Positions 26,615 to 35,312 of a stretch of 64,000 bases of DNA are shown here, in pieces. This stretch comes from Myxococcota bacterium (GTDB taxonomy: Bacteria > Myxococcota > JACRCW01). Made by a program: the position numbers and the translations under genes. Position 1 is the stretch's first letter. Every line of letters starts with the position of its first letter. The notes under the pieces are model-generated. The model made no database searches and had not been told where the DNA came from. It worked only from the letters and a program-made list of their open reading frames with translations. The stretch covers positions 37,294 to 101,293 of the forward strand of contig JBFMGU010000002.1 of NCBI GenBank assembly GCA_040752415.1. Direction: 5' to 3'.

Positions 26615-28351
26615 TCAGTGCATCTCCCGTGCGCCCCGGCGACGGTTGGCCAGCCATGCGCGGATTCCCGCGGCATCACGCGTGTTGATGACGTCGTGGG
26701 CGGTAAGTCCTGCGTGGCGCGCCACCATCACGCCCCAGCGGAGGTCGGACAGGCCTTCCGCCGTGTGCGCGTCGGAGTTGATGCACACCGGCACGCCCGC
26801 CCGTCGACATGCCCGCAGGTGCTCCGCGCCCAGGTCCAGGCGGTTGGGATGCGCGTTGAGCTCCATGGCGCATCCGCCTTCCCGTGCCGCGGAGAGCACC
26901 GCCGCCAGGTCGAACGCGTAGGGCTCCCGGCTCAGCACCAGGCGACCCGTGGGGTGTCCCACGACGTCGGTGAACGGGTGGCGCGCGGCGGCGCACAGGC
27001 GCCGGGTCATCTGCTCCGCGTCCTGGCGGAAGCGGCTGTGCACGCTGGCCACCACGTAGTCCAGCTCGACGAGGAACTCCTCCGGATAGTCCAGCGCGCC
27101 GTCCTCCAGGATGTCGCTCTCCACGCCCTGCAGCAGCTCCACGCCCCGGCCCGCCAGGCCCGCCATCTGCTCCCGTTGCTCTCGCAGCGCATCCATGGAG
27201 AGGCCCCGCGCGTAGAAGGCGCTGCGGGAATGGTCGGAGATGCCCAGGTACTGCAGGCCCAACGCGGCCGCGGCTGCCTGCATGTCCGCCAGCGTGTCGT
27301 TTCCGTCGGAGGCGAGGGTGTGGTTGTGCAGGGAGCCGCGGAGATCGGAGAGCTGCAGCAGCGTGGGCAGCGCTCCGGCGCGCGCCAGCTCCACCTCGCT
27401 ACCGTCCTCCCGCAGCTCGACGGGGACCGGCTGCAGGTCCAGCGCGCGGTAGATCTCGTCCTCGTCGTCGAAGGGCACGGGACCCGAGGGAGCGCGGGCC
27501 CCCTCCGCCGTCAGCTCCAGGCCGCCGGAGTGCGCGCGCAACGCCAGCAGGTGCCCCGTTCCCGACGAGTGGAACAGCAGCGCCGCGGCGTAGTCGCCCT
27601 CCGCCACGACGTGCAGCTCACCCGGAACACCGGCGCCGGTGCCACAACGCAGCACGCCGCGGGCGGTGAGCTCTGGCGCGCGCACCCTGCCGGAGTCGAT
27701 GACCGACCACGTGGCCAGCTCCGGCGCGGGGCTTGCCGCCACCACCACCACGCGGGTCACCACCTCGTGTCCACGACGAGCCTCTCCGGCCACCGCGCTG
27801 CGCGTGATGAGCGGGAGGGTGGCCAGGGCGGCGCGCACCGCCTCGGATTCGCGGAACGCCACATCCAGTCGACATTGTCCGGTCTGCGCGCGCGCCCGGG
27901 CCAGCTCGTCGAGGATCCGGTCCCGCGTGCGCGGGCCAAAGCCCTTGACGCTGAGCAGGCGACCATCCCGCGCCGCCGCCTCCAGGTCCTTGAGCCCGGC
28001 AATGCCCAGCGCGTCGTGGAGCAGCCGCGCCTTGCGCGCACCCACGCCCTTGAGACGCGCCACCTCCAGCACGCCCGGCGGCGTGTGCTGCTTCAGCGCC
28101 GTCAGGGACGCAGGCTCACCGCCCGCCGCCAGCACCTGGATGACCGCCTGCAGCCCCTTGCCGATGCCGGGAAGCTCCGTCAGCGTGCCCTGCTGCAGCC
28201 GTTGTCCCAGCTCCCCGCCCAACCCGCGCACCGCCTGGGCCCCGCGTTGGTACGCCCGCGCGCGGTACGGGTTCTCCCCCGCGAACTCCATCAGCGCGGC
28301 CACCTGCTCCAGCGCTTCGGCCACCTCCTGCGCGGTCCTGGCCGCGGTCAT
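26615..28351 (-). CDS. polX: DNA polymerase X / PHP-domain protein, non-canonical (palm Asp residues replaced)
   Basis: GENPYRARAY, HhH motifs LPGIGK and VKGFG, ELRED, PHP motifs HNHT..SDG, SDHS, HPTGR, NSDAH. Confidence 0.9.
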   Translation of the reverse strand: MTAARTAQEVAEALEQVAALMEFAGENPYRARAYQRGAQAVRGLGGELGQRLQQGTLTELPGIGKGLQAVIQVLAAGGEPASLTALKQHTPPGVLEVARLKGVGARKARLLHDALGIAGLKDLEAAARDGRLLSVKGFGPRTRDRILDELARARAQTGQCRLDVAFRESEAVRAALATLPLITRSAVAGEARRGHEVVTRVVVVAASPAPELATWSVIDSGRVRAPELTARGVLRCGTGAGVPGELHVVAEGDYAAALLFHSSGTGHLLALRAHSGGLELTAEGARAPSGPVPFDDEDEIYRALDLQPVPVELREDGSEVELARAGALPTLLQLSDLRGSLHNHTLASDGNDTLADMQAAAAALGLQYLGISDHSRSAFYARGLSMDALREQREQMAGLAGRGVELLQGVESDILEDGALDYPEEFLVELDYVVASVHSRFRQDAEQMTRRLCAAARHPFTDVVGHPTGRLVLSREPYAFDLAAVLSAAREGGCAMELNAHPNRLDLGAEHLRACRRAGVPVCINSDAHTAEGLSDLRWGVMVARHAGLTAHDVINTRDAAGIRAWLANRRRGAREMH

Positions 28352-28873
28352 GCCACCCTCCACCACAGGGAACGCCAACCACGTCCCACGGGCCATCTAA
28401 CGGCAGATCACGGATCGGCCACGCCGCCTCCACGCTGGCGATCACGCTGAACACACTCCCCAGCCCTTGTGGATGCGCAACCCGCCGCACACCAAGGCGC
28501 CTCGACGGAAAACCCAATTCCGTTGTCGCGCCGCCACTTAACGCGCATGTGCAAACCAGATCGTGCGCGGATCACGGAGGCGCGGCAGATCGCCGCGTGC
28601 GCGGATCCGCGCGCGAACAAAAGATGAAGCAACGCAGGCAGATGCAGCGCAGCTTCAAACGGTGTCTTGATCGCCCGGAAACGGTGCTGGTAGGGAGGGG
28701 CTCCAAGTCGCGCAGCGCACGGTGACGCGGAGATCACTTCGCAACCGAAACTGCGCTCCAGAAAGAGCCGCACGCCCCGTCGGGGCACCGGTGCACAACG
28801 CCATGGCGGGTTGTGTCGCAGGGTCGTCTCTTCTGGCAGGCAGGATGACTCTTTCTTGGTGAAGGGCACGGGC

Positions 28874-30265
28874 GTGAGCGGACTGGCCGTGGAACTTGCT
28901 CAGCAGTCACCCGCCGGCTCCGGCGCCGCGCAGCTCTGGCAGGGCGCGCTGGCCCGGCTGGTGCGTCGCCTGAACCCGCACGTCTACCAGAGCTGGTTCT
29001 GCACGGTGCGCCCGGAGGCCCTGGACGCGCATGAGCTCACCCTGGCCGTGCCCAGCGTGTTCCACCAGGACTGGCTGAGCAACCACTACCTTGCGCTCAT
29101 CGAGGAGGCGGTGGCCGCCGAGGGCGGGGCACGTCGACTGCGCTTCACCATTGACCCCAGCCTGGAGCCCGCCGAGCACAAGCAGCCGGAGGGCGCCGCG
29201 CCGGCGCGTGTGGAGGTGGTGCGGGAGCCGCGGGAGCGCATTCCCTCCCGCCTGCAGGACCGCTACACCTTCGAGAACTACGTCGAGGGGCCGTCCAACC
29301 AGTTCGCGTATGCGGCGTGCCAGGCCGTGGCCGAGCGACCCGCGCAGAACTACAACCCGCTCTTCATCTTTGGCGGCGTGGGACTGGGCAAGACGCACCT
29401 GCTGCACGCCATTGGCAACCGCATCCACGCGCGCAATCCCGGCTGGAACGTTCTGTACGTCTCCGGTGAGGACTTCACCAATGAGGTGATTGCCGGCATC
29501 CAGCACGGGCGCATGGACGCGTTCCGGAACCGCTACCGCACCAGCTGTGACGTGCTCCTCGTCGACGACATCCACTTCATTGCCGGCAAGGACCGCACGC
29601 AGGAGGAGTTCTTCCACTCCTTCAACCACCTGCACGCGCTGGGCAAGCAGATGGTGCTCACCTCCGACCGCTTCCCGCACGAGATCGAGGGGCTGGAGGA
29701 CCGGCTGCGCACGCGCCTGCAGTGGGGGCTCATTGCGGACATCCAGCCGCCGGAGCTGGAGACGCGGGTGGCCATCCTGCGCTCCAAGGCGGAGCAGCAG
29801 AAGGTCTCCCTCCCCGACGACGTGGCGGTCTTCCTGGCCACGCACATCCGCAACAACGTGCGGGAGCTGGAGGGGAGCCTGGTGCGCCTGGTGGCGGCCA
29901 GCAGCCTCAAGAAGCGTCCGCTGGACCTGGACCTGTGCAAGCAGGAGCTGCGCGACCAGGTGCTGCGCTCCGCGCGGGTCCCCACGTGCGCGGACATCCT
30001 GAAGCACGTGGCGTCCTACTACAACGTGAACGTGGCGGAGCTGCGTGGTTCCCGTCGTCAACGCAACATCACGCTGCCGCGGCACATGGCCATGTACCTG
30101 TGTCGCAAGTACACGCAGGCGTCCTTCCCGGAGATTGGCGCGGCGTTCGGCGGGAAGGACCACACCACGGTGATGGCCTCGGTGCGCCGGATCGAAGAGC
30201 TCATCCGCACGGACGCGGACGCAGCCATGGCCGCGGAGCAGCTCTCCAAGCTCGTTGATTCCTGA
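28874..30265 (+). CDS. dnaA: Chromosomal replication initiator; start approximate
   Basis: YTFENYVEGPSN, YNPLFIFGGVGLGKTHL, DDIHF, QEEFFH, NVRELEG, GGKDHTTV. Confidence 0.97.
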   Translation: MSGLAVELAQQSPAGSGAAQLWQGALARLVRRLNPHVYQSWFCTVRPEALDAHELTLAVPSVFHQDWLSNHYLALIEEAVAAEGGARRLRFTIDPSLEPAEHKQPEGAAPARVEVVREPRERIPSRLQDRYTFENYVEGPSNQFAYAACQAVAERPAQNYNPLFIFGGVGLGKTHLLHAIGNRIHARNPGWNVLYVSGEDFTNEVIAGIQHGRMDAFRNRYRTSCDVLLVDDIHFIAGKDRTQEEFFHSFNHLHALGKQMVLTSDRFPHEIEGLEDRLRTRLQWGLIADIQPPELETRVAILRSKAEQQKVSLPDDVAVFLATHIRNNVRELEGSLVRLVAASSLKKRPLDLDLCKQELRDQVLRSARVPTCADILKHVASYYNVNVAELRGSRRQRNITLPRHMAMYLCRKYTQASFPEIGAAFGGKDHTTVMASVRRIEELIRTDADAAMAAEQLSKLVDS

Positions 30266-30357
30266 ACCTGCCTTGCCCCAACGGGGGAGGCTGCGTTACG
30301 GACGCGCCCGGACGGCGGGGGAGCGGTCTGAGGCCCGCCCGGACAAGGAGATTTGCG

Positions 30358-30996
30358 ATGCGTCGTATGTCAGCCCTGGTGCTGGCGCTCTGGGCACTGC
30401 CCGCGCTGGCGGATGATCGCGCGTTCGAGCTGGATGGCGCGCACAGCTACGTTGGTTTCAAGGCCGCCACGGTGCTGTTTGACGTGCCGGGCCGCTTTGA
30501 CAAGTTCAGCGTCGACGTCAAGGGACACCCGGACCACGTCGAGACCGCCAAGATCAAGGTGGAGATCGACGCGGCCAGCGTCAACACCATGAACCCCAAG
30601 CGGGACGACCACCTGCGCACCCCGGACTTCTTTGACGTGCAGAAGTTCCCCAAGATCGTCTTCACCTCGACCAAGGTCGCGCGTGAGGGCAACAAGGTGA
30701 ACGTGACGGGCACGCTGGAGATGCACGGGAAGACCCAGGAGATCACCGTCCCGTTCGAGGAGGTGGTGGCAGTCAACGGCGCGGGCCACAAGGAGTGGGT
30801 CTACAAGGCCTCCCTGCCGATCAAGAACAGCGTGTTCGGGATCGGCGCGGAGAGCGTGGCGGCGAAGATCAGCCTCAAGGACGACGTGCAGCTGGATCTC
30901 GTCCTGGCCGGTTTCTTCACGGATGCACCGGCGCCCCAGGCCGCCCCGGTGCCCGCCAAGGGCACGCCGCCGAAGCCCGCGCCGAAGAAGAAGTAA
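30358..30996 (+). CDS. YceI family periplasmic lipid/isoprenoid-binding protein
   Basis: LDGAHSYVGF, SVNT..PKRDDHLR..DFFDV.KFP.I.F, GTLEMHG; AAGGAG RBS. Confidence 0.9.
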   Translation: MRRMSALVLALWALPALADDRAFELDGAHSYVGFKAATVLFDVPGRFDKFSVDVKGHPDHVETAKIKVEIDAASVNTMNPKRDDHLRTPDFFDVQKFPKIVFTSTKVAREGNKVNVTGTLEMHGKTQEITVPFEEVVAVNGAGHKEWVYKASLPIKNSVFGIGAESVAAKISLKDDVQLDLVLAGFFTDAPAPQAAPVPAKGTPPKPAPKKK

Positions 30997-31016
30997 GTTC
31001 TCAGGAAAGACCTCAT

Positions 31017-31060
31017 CCGCCCGCGCGTCACCCGGTGGTGTCCGCGGGCGGTTTCTTTTC
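31017..31060 (+). terminator. Intrinsic terminator for yceI
   Basis: CCGCCCGCG / CGCGGGCGG 9-bp stem followed by TTTCTTTTC. Confidence 0.6.
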
Positions 31061-32176
31061 GACGCGCCGTCGCTGGCCCCACAGCAGGAGCAGCAGCAGC
31101 GCGGACAACGTAGGCCCATCACCGCCGGCTTCGCAGCCGCACGAGGGCGGGGCACCCGGCAGCGGCGGGGTGGACACGGTAACGGTCACCTCGTCACGCA
31201 GGGAGCCCAGGGTCACCGCCACGGTCTCCGCGTGGTCCCCCGCTGCGCCGGTCTTCTTCCAGTCCAGCAGCAGCACGTCGGTGCGCTCGTCGGTGTAGGG
31301 CGTGCGGATGCCGCCGTCGACGTGGAACTGGTCCAGGAATCCCTCGCTGAACTGCCAGGTGAAGGGCGGCTGCCAGATGACGTTGCCGCTGGAATCCAAC
31401 GCGGTGGCCTTGAACCCGAACGTGGTTCCCGGTGTGATCACCACCGCCGCAAGCTCAATGCGCGCCACCTCCGCCACGGTTGCCGAGCGCACCGCCCAGG
31501 ATCCCATGCCCGCGTCGAGCACCATGAACTGAAGCAGGGAGTCCGTCCCTGACGGCGCATCCGTCTGGAGACGTGCGTAGTTCTCCACGCCACCGGTCAG
31601 GCCGGCATCCGCGCGCAGCTCCACCAGGCTCATGGGCGCGCCCAGCCTTCCTCCGTCGTCACCCAGGACCACCACGTCCAACCGCAACGGCGCGCCCGCC
31701 ACGATGCGCACCGGGTCCACCACGTCCGGCCAGGGGCCTCCCTGGATGAATCCTCCGTCGAGGGTGGCCTCGCGCAGTTGCAGCACCGGGTCGCTGAGCC
31801 GCACCGAGGCCGCGTTCTCCGCGCGCAGCGTGAAGCGATCCTCGAACACGCCCTGCCACTGCACCGTGGTGCTGCCTTCTCCCGCCACGCGCGCGCGCAG
31901 CAGGTCATCCAGGCTCTCCACGGAGGCCAGCACGCCAGCGTCGTCGACGAGGGGGGAAGCATCCGGATTGCCCGCCCCCAGTCCGCCGTCGGGTTGCCGG
32001 TGCGCGGTGGCGCGAATCTCGATCCGGCTTCCCACCGCCACCGGGTCGTTCGGCGTCCAGTTGTGATGCGGCCTGCGGATGTTCGAGGTGAACCCCAGCT
32101 GTCCCTGCTCACCCTCGAAGTCCCAGGCGACGCACCCGCTGCCCAGGAGCAGGATGGTCATCCCCCAGCGCGTCAT
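31028..32176 (-). CDS. Exported protein with MYXO-CTERM-like C-terminal sorting tail
   Basis: N-terminal LGSGC lipobox-like; C-terminal SCGCEAGG...LLLLLLWGQRRR; GGAGG RBS. Confidence 0.7.
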   Translation of the reverse strand: MTRWGMTILLLGSGCVAWDFEGEQGQLGFTSNIRRPHHNWTPNDPVAVGSRIEIRATAHRQPDGGLGAGNPDASPLVDDAGVLASVESLDDLLRARVAGEGSTTVQWQGVFEDRFTLRAENAASVRLSDPVLQLREATLDGGFIQGGPWPDVVDPVRIVAGAPLRLDVVVLGDDGGRLGAPMSLVELRADAGLTGGVENYARLQTDAPSGTDSLLQFMVLDAGMGSWAVRSATVAEVARIELAAVVITPGTTFGFKATALDSSGNVIWQPPFTWQFSEGFLDQFHVDGGIRTPYTDERTDVLLLDWKKTGAAGDHAETVAVTLGSLRDEVTVTVSTPPLPGAPPSCGCEAGGDGPTLSALLLLLLWGQRRRVEKKPPADTTG

Positions 32177-32309
32177 GGCTCCTCCCGTCGGAGACCAGGG
32201 GTACCACGCGCGCGCTGGTTCCACCCGTCACGCCGCTGGCAAGGCCGGCGCGGCTCGCCGCACGCCAGGTCGTGGTCCGCTGGAGGCGGTCAACGGACCG
32301 GTTGGCAAA

Positions 32310-32632
32310 GGGCTGCGTGCCAACAACTGCCCATTCCGTCGTGGCGGGCGAACACCTAACCCCCCACGTTCATGCCGTTGCGCTCGCTCGCCCCCCTTCC
32401 CCACACCCGCTCATCGTCATCAACCATTGCGGGGAAGGGGGGCACGCATTGGCATTGGGCTTTTTCTCGTCGGAAAGAGGCAGCCGCGCCCATCGATTGC
32501 CCCCCTTCCCCGGCTCGGTGACGACGGAAAAATGGTTCTGGGGAAGGGGGGCGAGTGGGCACAGCGGGACAAACGTGGGGGGTTAGGTGTTCGCCCGCCA
32601 CGACGGAATGGGCAATCTGTCTACACGCAGCC
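32310..32632. mobile_element. Non-coding nested palindromic element (MITE/REPIN-like)
   Basis: Perfect 43-bp inverted repeat 32328-32370 / 32572-32614, outer GGGCTGCGTG / CACGCAGCCC, inner CCCCCTTCCCC / GGGGAAGGGGG hairpins. Confidence 0.7.
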
Positions 32633-32656
32633 CCAAACTTGTTCTGACGCAGCCCT

Positions 32657-33595
32657 TCAGGGCGTCTTGCCCGTCGCCGCGGCTTGACGACGCCACTCCG
32701 CCGGTAGGCCGATGTTGAGGAAGATGGCGTAGCGGTGCGCGGGATATAGCGCCTCCATCTGCGACTTCACCCGGTCCAGCGCCTTCTCGTCGGGCTCACC
32801 GCGCGGCTTCTCCGCGGCGACGAGCTCCACGACCTTCTTGAGGTACACCTCCTCCTGGTCCAGCAGGCGCGCATCCATGGCCGGTCCACGCCCGGGATGC
32901 ACGAAGTCCGGCTTCAGCGCCCGCATCTCTTCGATGCGCTTGAGCCACTCGTCGGTGCGGCCAATCTCCAGCCAGCTGTGGTTGCCGTTGGCAATCAAGT
33001 CCCCGACGAAGATGTGCTTCTCCCACTCCAACACCACGTGCGCATTGGAGCAGCCCGCGCCCATGACGTGTGCCTTCACCTTCAGCCCCGCCGCCTCGAT
33101 CTCCGTGGTCTGGTTCCCGAAGCTGTCGGGGAGGGTGAGGTCCTTGGGGTAGTCGGGTTGGTAGCGGTCATAGAACGCGCGCACGCGCTTCTCGTGAATC
33201 TCCGGCATCAACGCGCGGACCTGCTCGGAGGTCACCACCTTGATCCCGCGCTTCTTCAGCGTGGCGGTGCCGTTGAACTTGTCCGGGTTGGCGTGCAGCA
33301 CGAACGCCATCACCGCCTTCTTGCCGGTGACCTGCTCGGCCCAGTTCACGAACTCCTCCGCCGCGGAGGGGAGGAACTGCGTGTCGACGAGGATGAGGCC
33401 CTTGGGCCCCTCAATCCAGAAGGAGTTGGTGGAGAAGCCCCAGGAGGATGAGACGTAGGTGCCCACGCGCGGGTCTTCGCCGTGGGTGAGGGTGAGCTCC
33501 GCGTCGGCGGGAACGGTGCGGGCCTTGCTGGCGGCACCCGCGGTGGTGGCGGCAACGAGGAGGAGAAGGGTGAGGGAGATGATGGGCAGGCGCAT
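32657..33595 (-). CDS. Exported MBL-fold protein with atypical metal-ligand motifs
   Basis: ILVDTQF, HANPDKFNG (canonical HxHxDH), GAGCS, FVGDL, HPGRG; signal peptide. Confidence 0.8.
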   Translation of the reverse strand: MRLPIISLTLLLLVAATTAGAASKARTVPADAELTLTHGEDPRVGTYVSSSWGFSTNSFWIEGPKGLILVDTQFLPSAAEEFVNWAEQVTGKKAVMAFVLHANPDKFNGTATLKKRGIKVVTSEQVRALMPEIHEKRVRAFYDRYQPDYPKDLTLPDSFGNQTTEIEAAGLKVKAHVMGAGCSNAHVVLEWEKHIFVGDLIANGNHSWLEIGRTDEWLKRIEEMRALKPDFVHPGRGPAMDARLLDQEEVYLKKVVELVAAEKPRGEPDEKALDRVKSQMEALYPAHRYAIFLNIGLPAEWRRQAAATGKTP

Positions 33596-33616
33596 GTCCG
33601 GTTTCCGTTGGATGGT

Positions 33617-35308
33617 TCAGGCAACAACTTTCTCGAGTTGGCGCGGCTCCTGGAGCACTTCCCCCAGGTCGCGCGCGTGTTGGATGGCGAAGATGGTCAA
33701 CGGTTGCATGCGACCCCGGACCTGGATCTGGTGGCTGGGATGATGACGCAGGTCCACACCGGCGCGCTGCGCCACCGCGTCACTGACGACGAGCTGGCAG
33801 TCATAGTCCTTGGTGAGCGCTTCCAGCCGGCTGGCCGTGTTCACGGCGTCACCAATGGCCGTCAACGAGGACACTCGGGAATACCCCATCTCCCCAACCA
33901 CCGCGGGACCGGTGTGGATGCCGATGCCGATGCGCAGCGGTGAGGGCAGGTCATGCGCCAGCGCGGCGTTGAGGTCCATGAGCCGGGTGGCCATCAACCT
34001 CGCCGCCACCAGCGCCTCCCGACACGCGGACTCCGGGCTCCCGTGGGTTCCAAACAGCGCCATGACGCCGTCACCAATGAACTTGTCCACGCGTCCACCG
34101 GCCGCCTCCACCGCCTCACCCATGGCCGCGAAGTAGCGGTTGAGGATGAACACCAGGTCATAGGGCAGCTTGCCTTCGCTCATCTGCGTGAAGCCACGAA
34201 GGTCGGCGAAGAGGATGGCGATCTCCAGCTCCTGCCCGGAGGAGTCCTCTCGACGCAGACTCTGGTGCGCCACGACGTTGACCGGCACCAACGGCGCCAC
34301 CTGCACGTGGTCCAGCAAGCGCGCCTGACACGCCAGCCGAACCTGCGGCCCCGCGCCCACGCGACCCAGCACCCTCAGCTCCTGCACGCTGGGCGGGGTG
34401 AGGCCATCCATGTTTCCCAGCACGCGCACCCGGCACGTCGAGCAACGACCGCGTCCACCACACACCGACGCGTGCGGGATCTCCGCCAGCCGACTCACGT
34501 CGAGCAGCGTGACACCGCGGGGCGCCGCCACCCGTCGACCGTCGGGGTAGGTCACCTGGCGCGCGCCGTGGGAACGGGTGAACGCATCGCGCGCCGCTCG
34601 CGCCAGCAGCACACCCGCGGCGACGAGGATGGTGATCACCGCGGTCTCGGCCAAGGCCTCCGTCGAGAGCGCCTTTGCCTCCGGCGTGGTGAAGGTGTGT
34701 CTCTCCTGCAGCGCCACCCACACGGCGGGATTGTCGACGAGCGCGGCCACCTCACGGCCCGCCTGCGTGACACCCAGGATGGCCAGCAGCGGCACCACCA
34801 GCGCCACGCTGTAGAGGCCCATGGAGACGCGCGGGTACCAGGGTGCAAGGCGCAGCCAGTAGTGGATGCCCACGCAGCCGTGCAGCCACACCAGGATGAC
34901 GGCCAGGAACATCGACACGCCCACGCCGGGCGCTTCCACCCAGTAACGGTGCACCTGCACCACGTAGGCGAGGCTCACGCCCAGCCGGCCATGCGCCACC
35001 GTCGTGGCGGCGACGTGTCCCGCCAGCGAGACCGGAATGAGCGCGCCCAACGCGTGCTGCGCCATCTGCCACGGCGGCATGCGCAACGTCCTCCGCTGGA
35101 GGATCGACGTCATGGCCACCACGATGTGCAGCGTCATGGAGCCGTAGAGCAGGATCTTCCCTGGCATGCTGCGCCACACGGCCATGTGCCACTGCAGCGC
35201 CGTCTCCATGGCCTGCAGCGAGACCAGCCCGAGCGCGTGGTTGGCCAGGTGCATGCACACGTACGCAAACATCACCAGGCCCGACCACAGCCGGATCGAC
35301 CTCGTCAT
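33617..35308 (-). CDS. Class III adenylate cyclase with His-containing membrane domain and 2Fe-2S ferredoxin domain (CyaC-like)
   Basis: TM His residues (HLANH, WLHGCVGIH); CGGRGRCSTC...RLACQ; LFADLRGFT, DKFIGDG, GDAVNTASRLE. Confidence 0.9.
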   Translation of the reverse strand: MTRSIRLWSGLVMFAYVCMHLANHALGLVSLQAMETALQWHMAVWRSMPGKILLYGSMTLHIVVAMTSILQRRTLRMPPWQMAQHALGALIPVSLAGHVAATTVAHGRLGVSLAYVVQVHRYWVEAPGVGVSMFLAVILVWLHGCVGIHYWLRLAPWYPRVSMGLYSVALVVPLLAILGVTQAGREVAALVDNPAVWVALQERHTFTTPEAKALSTEALAETAVITILVAAGVLLARAARDAFTRSHGARQVTYPDGRRVAAPRGVTLLDVSRLAEIPHASVCGGRGRCSTCRVRVLGNMDGLTPPSVQELRVLGRVGAGPQVRLACQARLLDHVQVAPLVPVNVVAHQSLRREDSSGQELEIAILFADLRGFTQMSEGKLPYDLVFILNRYFAAMGEAVEAAGGRVDKFIGDGVMALFGTHGSPESACREALVAARLMATRLMDLNAALAHDLPSPLRIGIGIHTGPAVVGEMGYSRVSSLTAIGDAVNTASRLEALTKDYDCQLVVSDAVAQRAGVDLRHHPSHQIQVRGRMQPLTIFAIQHARDLGEVLQEPRQLEKVVA

Positions 35309-35312
35309 GGCC

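Noticed and set aside
28352..28873. Calling this region oriC
   Set aside because: Only one near-consensus DnaA box and no clear AT-rich unwinding element; kept only as the GATC finding
32272..32601. Mirror-image short ORFs (VAGEHLTPHV) on both strands
   Set aside because: A consequence of the palindrome; no RBS or coding-like composition
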